Position numbers and translations under genes: made by a program
Assembly: GCA_963805975.1 (NCBI GenBank)
Contig: CAWDVR010000003.1
Span: forward strand, 160,001 to 224,000
DNA: 64,000 bases
Direction of reading: 5' to 3'
DNA from: an uncultured Acidobacteriota bacterium
GTDB taxonomy: Bacteria > Acidobacteriota > Thermoanaerobaculia > Multivoradales > SZUA-115
In this document: positions 57,344-64,000 of the stretch, piece after piece
How positions within the stretch are numbered: position 1 is the first letter of the stretch
How the letters are laid out: the number at the start of each line of letters is the position of its first letter
The notes under the pieces: model-generated
Database searches by the model: none
What the model was told of the DNA's origin: nothing
Seen by the model: the letters and a program-made list of their open reading frames with translations, nothing else

Positions 57344-58075
57344 CTAGCGCCGTCCCTCTTGGTGCGGTGGCTCCTCCACGAAGCACTCGAAGGTCTCGGT
57401 GAAGTCCTGCCAGGTGTTGCCGGTCTCGCGGCGGAAGAAGGAGACCTTGCGCGGGCTGGGGTAGACGAAGGTTTCGCCGTCGAGCTGGTCGAACTTCACG
57501 TCGGCGATGGAGAGCGACATCGAGCTCTCCTTGCCCTCGCCGTCCCACTTGCGGCCGGCGGTCTGGTTCTCGGCGAAGAAGTAGACGTAGCTGTTGCGGG
57601 TCATGGCGTCGGTGGTCACGGTGTCGCCCGGCTTGACCGTCCACCAGCCGCGGGCGATCCAGTTGTCGTCCAGGTCCATGTAGTAGAGCGCGACCGAGAC
57701 GTCGTGCGTGCACTTGTTGTGGAGCAGGAGCTTGTCGAAGCTGCGGTTGGCATCGACCTGGAACTTCTCGGCCAGCAGCTCGATGCGCTCCTTGCGCAGG
57801 TCCATCCGCTCGTCGTGCAGCTTCACCACCTCGGCGCGGGTGGCCTGGCTGTGCTCCTCGAGCAGGCGCCGCTGTTCATCGAGGAGCTGGTTCAGGGTCT
57901 CGGTCTTGGCGTCGGCCGGCGTCTCCGCGGCCGGTGCCGAATCGTCTCCGGAGCGGAGGAGCCGGCCGATCAGGCTCTGCACCGCCGGCACCGACAGCAG
58001 CACGGCGGTGCAGGTCAGCGCCCCGACCACCAGGCTGAAGAACCCGATCTTCTCTCCTCTGTTCCAGGCTCTCAT
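57344..58075 (-). CDS. Membrane-anchored DUF1036-like protein with coiled coil
   Basis: N-terminal TM helix; NKC...VSVALYY...WIARGWWTVKPG...YFFAE. Confidence 0.7.
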   Translation of the reverse strand: MRAWNRGEKIGFFSLVVGALTCTAVLLSVPAVQSLIGRLLRSGDDSAPAAETPADAKTETLNQLLDEQRRLLEEHSQATRAEVVKLHDERMDLRKERIELLAEKFQVDANRSFDKLLLHNKCTHDVSVALYYMDLDDNWIARGWWTVKPGDTVTTDAMTRNSYVYFFAENQTAGRKWDGEGKESSMSLSIADVKFDQLDGETFVYPSPRKVSFFRRETGNTWQDFTETFECFVEEPPHQEGRR

Positions 58076-58184
58076 CGCACCTTCCCGTCTCCGCCCTCGG
58101 CTCGCAACCCTCTCGCCCTGCTGAAGTTAAGCGAGCGTATCGGGACGGGGCACGGAGGTCAACTGGCGATCGACTGCACGGCGC

Positions 58185-58243
58185 TCCTAAAAAATTAGTT
58201 GACAGGTTTTCCATTCGGTGCCTATGATCCTAAAAAATTAGGA
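58185..58243 (+). promoter_or_regulatory. Promoter flanked by two BlaI-type operator palindromes
   Basis: TCCTAAAAAATTAG at 58185-58198 and TCCTAAAAAATTAGGA at 58228-58243 bracket TTGACA-18-TATGAT. Confidence 0.85.
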
Positions 58244-58247
58244 GGCG

Positions 58248-58643
58248 ATGATGCCGAGACCCCCGACGACGCAGCTCACCCCGCTCGAGCTGGCGATCAT
58301 GAAGGTGCTGTGGGAGGGCGGGCCGGCCACCGTGCAGGTGGTACGCGAGCGGCTGGCCGGCGAGCGCGACCTGGCCTACAACACCGTGCAGACCATGCTC
58401 AACGTGCTGCACAGGAAAGCCAAGGTGCGCCGCCTGCGGCAGGGCCGCGCCTTCGAGTACGCGCCGGTGGTGAGCCGCCTGCAAGCCGCGCGTCAGGCCG
58501 CGACCGATCTCGTGCAGCGCATGTTCGACGGCTCGGCCGAGGGCCTGGTGATGAGCCTGGTGGAGGCGCGGCACCTGACGCCGGAGCGGCTGGCGCGCCT
58601 CTCCGAGCTGGTCGACGAGAGAGAGGAGGGTCGCGATGCGTAG
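58248..58643 (+). CDS. BlaI/MecI/CopY family repressor
   Basis: LTPLELAIMKVLW, LAYNTVQTML, MFDGS. Confidence 0.93.
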   Translation: MMPRPPTTQLTPLELAIMKVLWEGGPATVQVVRERLAGERDLAYNTVQTMLNVLHRKAKVRRLRQGRAFEYAPVVSRLQAARQAATDLVQRMFDGSAEGLVMSLVEARHLTPERLARLSELVDEREEGRDA

Positions 58644-60087
58644 CCTCGCGGAGGCCGCGGTTCCCATGCTCGTCAACGCGCTCTGGCAGCTTCCGCTCCT
58701 GGTCGCCCTGGGAAAGCTCGCCGCCTGGCAGCTGCGGCGCGCACCGGCGGCGCACCTCCACGCGCTGTGGCTGGCGGTGCTGCTGGTGGGCGTCGCTCTG
58801 CCCGTGGCGAGCCCGTTCCTCACCACGCGGTCAGCTCTCGGCGCGAGCCTGCGGTCCGCGGCTCCGGAGGCCGGTGAGCCGGCGCCCGCGACACCGGCCG
58901 AGGGTGCCGTCGAGCACGAGGCCGCGAGATGGACGGCGGCGCTGCCCGCGAGCACCCTGCGGGGCGCCGGCCGGATCGCGCTCGGCCTCTACCTGGTGCT
59001 GGTCGCCTTCGCCGCCTTGCGCCTGGCCGTGGCCGTGCGCCGTGCTTCCTCCCTGAGGAACCGGGCGGAGCTCCTCCCCGAAGGCTCGCCCGTGGCCGCC
59101 ATCGCGGCACGGCTCGGCCCCGCGCTGGGCGTCCGGCGGGTGGAGCTCTTCGCCAGCGCCGAAGTGGCGGGCCCGGTGACGGTGGGCATCGGCCGGCCGG
59201 CGATCCTGCTTCCGTCCTGGCTCCTGGCCGGCGCCGGGCGCGCGGAGCTCGAGGCGGTGCTCGCCCACGAGCTGGCGCACGTGGCCAGACGCGACTGCGC
59301 CGTGCAGCTCGCGGCGGAGCTGCTGCTCCTGCCTCTCGCCCCTCATCCGGCGGCCTGGTGGCTGCGCGCCGAGGTGGTCCGGGCGCGGGAGATGGCCTGC
59401 GACGAGGCCGCCGCGGCCCTCGCCGACGGCCGCACCTATGCCCGCTCGCTGCTCGGTCTGGCAGTGTCCATCGCCGGCCACAACGGCTCGGCCGCAACCC
59501 TCGGCGCCTTCGACGCCGACCACCTGGAGGAACGTATGAAGAGACTGCTCGATGGACCGCGACGCCTCCCGCTCTCCCGCGCCCGCTGGGCGCTCGCCGG
59601 CTGCTTCCTGGCGCTCCTGGCAGCGGCCTGGTCGGCCGCCGGTTTCGCGCTGGCGGCGCCGGCGTCGAGTACCGACCTCGCCCGCCTGGTCGGGGTCTGG
59701 CGCGGCAACTACGACCAGGGCGAGGGCAAGGGCATGCCGGGCGCCACGCTCACCGTGACCACGGTCGACGGCCAGCCGCGGGTCGCCATCCTGATGTACC
59801 GGCACCTCAAGCAGGCGGACGGATCGCTGCGGTCGGCGGCGACGGGTTTCCCCGTGGTCGACGTGGCGTTCGCCCAAGGGCGCCTCACCTTCCGCAGCCG
59901 CGACGACAACTTCACCTTCAAGGGCGGGCCCAGGGAGAGCGTGGACTACGAGTGGGCCTTCGAGGCGGTCGGCGAGAACCAGGGACTGCTCTCGCTGCTG
60001 CACAACTCCCGGTTCAAGGCCCCCGCCGCGCGCGGCGAGCACGTCCCGCCGGGCCCGCCGCCGATCGAGATGCAGAAGGACCCGTGA
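58636..60087 (+). CDS. M56 family (BlaR1-like) metallopeptidase with extracytoplasmic domain
   Basis: NALWQ, HELAHVARRD, REMACD, LEERMKRL. Confidence 0.92.
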   Translation: MRSLAEAAVPMLVNALWQLPLLVALGKLAAWQLRRAPAAHLHALWLAVLLVGVALPVASPFLTTRSALGASLRSAAPEAGEPAPATPAEGAVEHEAARWTAALPASTLRGAGRIALGLYLVLVAFAALRLAVAVRRASSLRNRAELLPEGSPVAAIAARLGPALGVRRVELFASAEVAGPVTVGIGRPAILLPSWLLAGAGRAELEAVLAHELAHVARRDCAVQLAAELLLLPLAPHPAAWWLRAEVVRAREMACDEAAAALADGRTYARSLLGLAVSIAGHNGSAATLGAFDADHLEERMKRLLDGPRRLPLSRARWALAGCFLALLAAAWSAAGFALAAPASSTDLARLVGVWRGNYDQGEGKGMPGATLTVTTVDGQPRVAILMYRHLKQADGSLRSAATGFPVVDVAFAQGRLTFRSRDDNFTFKGGPRESVDYEWAFEAVGENQGLLSLLHNSRFKAPAARGEHVPPGPPPIEMQKDP

Positions 60088-60141
60088 GACGGGCTGGCGG
60101 CGAGAATCAGTAGACTGGGCCGAATTTCTGAGGAACGAGAG

Positions 60142-61020
60142 ATCGGCCATCCATCTCCAGTTTTTCTGACCGGGCTCGCCCTGGTCTGCTTCGCTGCCAA
60201 CTCGCTGCTCTGCCGGCTGGCGCTGGGCTCGGGGACGATCGACGCGGCGAGCTTCTCGACGGTTCGGCTGGTGGCCGGGGCGGGCATGCTGTGGCTGGTC
60301 GCGCGCCTCCACGCGAGGAGGCGGCGCGCTCCGCTGGGGGGCACCTGGGTGTCGGCGGCGATGCTCTTCGGCTACGCGGTGGCGTTCTCGTTCGCCTACC
60401 TGAGCCTGGCCGCCGGCACCGGCGCGCTCATTCTCTTCGGCTCGGTGCAGGTGACGATGATCCTCGCCGCGCTCCTCGCCGGCGAACGGCCACGAGCGCG
60501 CGAGTGGGTGGGCCTCGCGGTGGCGGTCGGCGGGCTCGTCTACCTGGTGTCCCCCGGTCTCTCGGCGCCGTCGCCGGCCGGCTCTCTCGTGATGGTGCTG
60601 GCGGGTGTGGCCTGGGGCCGCTACTCGATCCGCGGCCGGGGCGCCTCGGACCCGCTGGCCGAGACTGCCGGCAACTTCGTCCGCGCCGTGCCGTTCGGGG
60701 TCGCCGTGAGCCTCCTGACCCTGGATCAGCTCCACACCTCGCCGCGCGGCATCGCCCTCGCCGCGGTGTCCGGCGCTCTCACCTCGGGGCTGGGGTACGT
60801 GGTGTGGTACGCGGCGCTCCGCGGCCTCTCCGGCACCCGGGCGGCCATCGTGCAGCTCGCGGTGCCGGTGCTCGCGGCGCTCGGCGGGATCGCCCTGCTG
60901 GGAGAGGCCCTGTCGGTACGCTTGGCCCTCTCGGCTCTGCTGATCCTCGGCGGGATCGGTTTCGCGGTCTCCGTTCGCTCCCGGAACGTGGTCATCCCGG
61001 AACCGGACGCCGCTTCATGA
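60142..61020 (+). CDS. DMT/EamA family transporter (start codon unclear)
   Basis: LALVCFAANSLLCRLALG, FSFAY, GALILFG, SGLGYVVWY, QLAVPV. Confidence 0.85.
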   Translation: MGHPSPVFLTGLALVCFAANSLLCRLALGSGTIDAASFSTVRLVAGAGMLWLVARLHARRRRAPLGGTWVSAAMLFGYAVAFSFAYLSLAAGTGALILFGSVQVTMILAALLAGERPRAREWVGLAVAVGGLVYLVSPGLSAPSPAGSLVMVLAGVAWGRYSIRGRGASDPLAETAGNFVRAVPFGVAVSLLTLDQLHTSPRGIALAAVSGALTSGLGYVVWYAALRGLSGTRAAIVQLAVPVLAALGGIALLGEALSVRLALSALLILGGIGFAVSVRSRNVVIPEPDAAS

Positions 61021-61105
61021 GCCGCAAGGCCTGAGCGCCACACGGCGGGCCTCCTCGCCCTGGCACGCCGGTTGCCCCGGGAACCCGGACGGAGGGATCC
61101 CATCG

Positions 61106-63520
61106 ATGGGCACCTGGCTGCAGGATCTCCGTTACTCGCTGCGCGCGCTGCTGGCCCGGCCGGGCTTCACGGCTCTGGTGGTGGGCATCCTGGCCCTGGG
61201 GCTGGGCGCCAACGTCACGGTGTTCAGCGTGGTCCAGGGCGTCCTGCTCCGGCCGCTGGCGATGCAGGAGCCCGAGCGGCTGGTGCGGCTCTTCCAGTCC
61301 TTCCCCGCGCAAGGGCTCGAGCGGCTGACGGTCTCGCGTCCCGACGCGGAGGACTGGGCCGCGGCGAGCCACGAGCTTTCGGCGCTCGGTCTCTACAGCA
61401 CGTTGCCGAGCGGCCTCGTCTTGCTGGCCGACCCGCCGGCCCAGGTCTCGACCGCTTACGTCTCGGGGAGCTTCTTCCCGACCGTGGGGACTGCCGCGGC
61501 CCGCGGCCGCACGCTGACCCCCGAGGACGAGCGGGGCAACGACCGGGTGGTGGTGCTCTCGGACCGCTCCTGGCACCGGCGTTTCGGTGCCGACCCCGCC
61601 GTCGTGGGCTCCACCGTGACGCTCGACGGCGAGCCCTTCACCATCGCCGGCGTGATGCCACCCGCGTTCAGCTTCCCGTCGGCCGGGGTGGAGATGTGGG
61701 CGCCGCTCAGCCTCATCCCGCCGGACTCCATCCCCAGGACGCGCCGGGTGCGCTGGCTGGGCTCGGTGGGGCGGCTGGCCCCGGGCTCGACCCCGGAAAA
61801 GGCCCAGGCCGAGCTCTCCGGCATCGCGCGCGGCCTCGCGGAGAGCTTCCCGGACTCGAACGCCGGCGCCACGGTCGTCGAAGTGATGCCGCTCCAGGAG
61901 CACCTGGTGGGCGGGGTCCAGGCCGCGCTCACCGCGCTCCTCGCGGCCGTCGGCCTGGTCCTGCTGATCGCCTGCGCCAACGTCGCCAACCTGCTTCTGG
62001 CCCGTGGTCTCGCCGGGCAGCGGCGGCTCACCATCGCCGCCGCGCTGGGCGCCGGCCGCGCCCGGCTCGTGCGCCAGCTCCTGATCGAGAGCCTGCTGCT
62101 CGCCCTGGCGGGCTGTGCGCTGGGGCTGCTCGCCGCCGGCTGGGCGATCGATGCCCTCGGGGCGCTGGCCGGCGAGCTGCTGCCGCGCGCCGGCGAGGTG
62201 GCGCTCGACGGCCGCGCCATAGCCTTCGGGCTGGGGGCGGCGCTGGTGACCGCCTTGCTCTGCGGTCTGGCCCCGGCCCTGCGGCTCACCCGGCCCGCCT
62301 TGGCCAGCGGCCTGGGCGCCAAGGGTGCGGCGGCTTCCGGCTCGTCGCGCCTCCACGGCGTGCTGGTGGTGGTCGAGGTGGCGCTCGCCCTGACGCTGAT
62401 GATCGGCGCCGGCCTGGTGGTCCGCAGCCTGACGCGGCTGGCCGAGGTCAACCCCGGCTTCGACCCCAAGGGCCTCCTCGCCGTCAGCTTCACGCTGCCG
62501 GACCACCGCTACCCCGACCGCACGAGCGCCCAGCCCGCCTACCACGACATCCTCGAGCGCGTGCGCTCGCTCCCCGGGGTGGAGTCCGCGGCCTCGATCA
62601 AGGTGCTGCCGCTCGCCCAGGACGGCGAGCGCTTCACCTTCACTCTCGACGGCGAGCCGGCGCCCGCACCCGGAGCCGAGCCCTGGGCCGAGGCCTACCC
62701 GGTGAGCACGGGTTTCTTCCGCACTCTGGGCGTGCCGCTCGCCGGGCGGGACTTCACCCCGGCGGACCGTACCGACGCGCCGCTGGTGGCGGTGGTCAGC
62801 CAGTCCCTGGCCCGCCGCTACTTTCCCGGCACCGACCCGGTGGGCCGCAGGCTGCGGTTCGGGGAGAGGACGGTCGAGATCGTCGGCCTGGCCGGCGACC
62901 TCAAGGGAGAGAATCTGGCCGAGGAGCCGGCTCCCACGCTCTACGTTCACCAGGAGCAGATCTGGCGGGTCGTCATCACGCTGGTGGTGCGGGCGACCGG
63001 CGACCCGGCCCAGCTCTTCCGGCCGGTGCAGCAGGCGATCTGGGCGGTGGACCGCGAACAGCCGATCGCCTACGCCGCGACCCTCGAGCAGATGATGTCC
63101 GAGACCCTCGCCGCCTCCCGTTTCTTCACCCTCCTCCTCGCCGGCTTCGCCGGCACCGCACTGGTGCTCGCGGCCCTGGGGATCTACGGCGTGCTGTCCT
63201 TCGCCGTCGAGCGGCGCACGCGCGAGATCGGCGTGCGGGTGGCGGTGGGAGCGCGCGGCTCGCAGGTGCTCGGCCTGGTCATCGGTCGCGGCATGGCGCT
63301 GGTGGTGCCCGGCCTCGTGGCCGGCTCCGCCGCAGCCTTCGCCCTCCTCCGCCTCGCCGCACCGAGGCTCTCGCCGCACCTCTACGGCGTGGGGGTCACC
63401 GACCCCCTGACCTTCGCGGCCGTGCCCGCGCTGCTGGCCCTGGTGGCGCTCCTCGCCTGCTACCTGCCCGGCCGCCGCGCCGCGCGCATCGACCCGGTGA
63501 GGGCGCTGCGCGCGGAGTGA
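61106..63520 (+). CDS. ABC transporter permease, ADOP family (duplicated MacB/FtsX)
   Basis: QDLRYSLRAL...PGFT, LIACANVANLLLAR, RTREIGVRVAVGA, PGRRAARIDP. Confidence 0.95.
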   Translation: MGTWLQDLRYSLRALLARPGFTALVVGILALGLGANVTVFSVVQGVLLRPLAMQEPERLVRLFQSFPAQGLERLTVSRPDAEDWAAASHELSALGLYSTLPSGLVLLADPPAQVSTAYVSGSFFPTVGTAAARGRTLTPEDERGNDRVVVLSDRSWHRRFGADPAVVGSTVTLDGEPFTIAGVMPPAFSFPSAGVEMWAPLSLIPPDSIPRTRRVRWLGSVGRLAPGSTPEKAQAELSGIARGLAESFPDSNAGATVVEVMPLQEHLVGGVQAALTALLAAVGLVLLIACANVANLLLARGLAGQRRLTIAAALGAGRARLVRQLLIESLLLALAGCALGLLAAGWAIDALGALAGELLPRAGEVALDGRAIAFGLGAALVTALLCGLAPALRLTRPALASGLGAKGAAASGSSRLHGVLVVVEVALALTLMIGAGLVVRSLTRLAEVNPGFDPKGLLAVSFTLPDHRYPDRTSAQPAYHDILERVRSLPGVESAASIKVLPLAQDGERFTFTLDGEPAPAPGAEPWAEAYPVSTGFFRTLGVPLAGRDFTPADRTDAPLVAVVSQSLARRYFPGTDPVGRRLRFGERTVEIVGLAGDLKGENLAEEPAPTLYVHQEQIWRVVITLVVRATGDPAQLFRPVQQAIWAVDREQPIAYAATLEQMMSETLAASRFFTLLLAGFAGTALVLAALGIYGVLSFAVERRTREIGVRVAVGARGSQVLGLVIGRGMALVVPGLVAGSAAAFALLRLAAPRLSPHLYGVGVTDPLTFAAVPALLALVALLACYLPGRRAARIDPVRALRAE

Positions 63521-63567
63521 GATGTACTGGAAGGCTGCATGATGTGGAGACATGATATCGTGCAGCA

Positions 63568-63828
63568 ATGCCTGCCTCCTCCGAGATCACCAGCGTTACA
63601 GATCGTGGTCAGACCTCCATCCCGGCGGAGCTGCGGCGAGAGCTGAGGCTCGTCAAGGGCCAGCGCCTCCTCTGGGAACGGGTAGGGGAGCGCGAGCTCC
63701 GGGTCCGAGTGCTCGAAGAGGCGCCGCCGCGCGGCGCCGAGGCGATGCGAGGGTTCGCTCGCCGCTTTCGGAAGGAGGCGCGGCCGAGCACCGACTGGAT
63801 GCGCGAGCTGCGTGAAGGGGAGCGCTGA
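63568..63828 (+). CDS. AbrB/MazE-type antitoxin
   Basis: SVTDRGQTSIPAELRRELRL..GQRL. Confidence 0.85.
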   Translation: MPASSEITSVTDRGQTSIPAELRRELRLVKGQRLLWERVGERELRVRVLEEAPPRGAEAMRGFARRFRKEARPSTDWMRELREGER

Positions 63829-64000
63829 TGGCGTGGGTGGTCGACACCTGCATGGTGATCGACGTCCTGGAGGACGACCCGACGTTCGGAGCCGCTTCCG
63901 CCGCCGTGCTCGACGCTCACCACGCGGCCGGTCTCGTGCTCTGCCCGGTGAGCTACGCGGAGCTGGCCCCGGCCTTCGAGGGTAGTCGCGAGCTTCAGGA
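63828..64000 (+). CDS. vapC: PIN-domain toxin (truncated by window end)
   Basis: TGATG overlap; WVVDTCMVIDVL..DPTFG...CPVSYAEL. Confidence 0.85.
   Translation, partial: MAWVVDTCMVIDVLEDDPTFGAASAAVLDAHHAAGLVLCPVSYAELAPAFEGSRELQ

Noticed and set aside
60085-60087. M56 TGA as selenocysteine giving an M56-DMT fusion
   Set aside because: No Cys-equivalent context or convincing SECIS, and both families normally occur as separate proteins.

Overview
Very GC-rich (about 70% by eye, not computed) bacterial chromosomal segment. The gene content (ADOP-type duplicated permease, Oar-like TonB receptor, IPTL-CTERM surface protein, sulfatase-TPR fusion, two BlaI/M56 pairs) suggests Acidobacteriota, probably class Thermoanaerobaculia; this is an inference. 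I find about 50 CDS: housekeeping genes (truA, rsgA, selA, hydroxyacyl-CoA dehydrogenase), many secreted or surface proteins, three toxin-antitoxin pairs and two REP-like palindrome families. I found no rRNA, tRNA, CRISPR array or transposase. Main points: (1) a divergent tandem-XRE regulator / small secreted Cys-loop peptide / two TPR-protein locus that looks like an uncharacterised peptide-signalling module (53167-56653); (2) a hidden AhpD-like selenoprotein with in-frame UGA, CxxU motif and SECIS-like hairpin, with selA in the same window; (3) a multicopper oxidase with a mannan-binding (MVL-type) lectin domain inserted into its copper-binding domain; (4) a MosA/MosB molybdenum-storage-like gene pair; (5) repeated stop-codon echoes, where a gene's last codons are duplicated just downstream with mostly synonymous differences; (6) three frameshifts in secreted-protein genes, probably sequencing indels. 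All family assignments come from motif recognition and recalled sequences, not from database searches.
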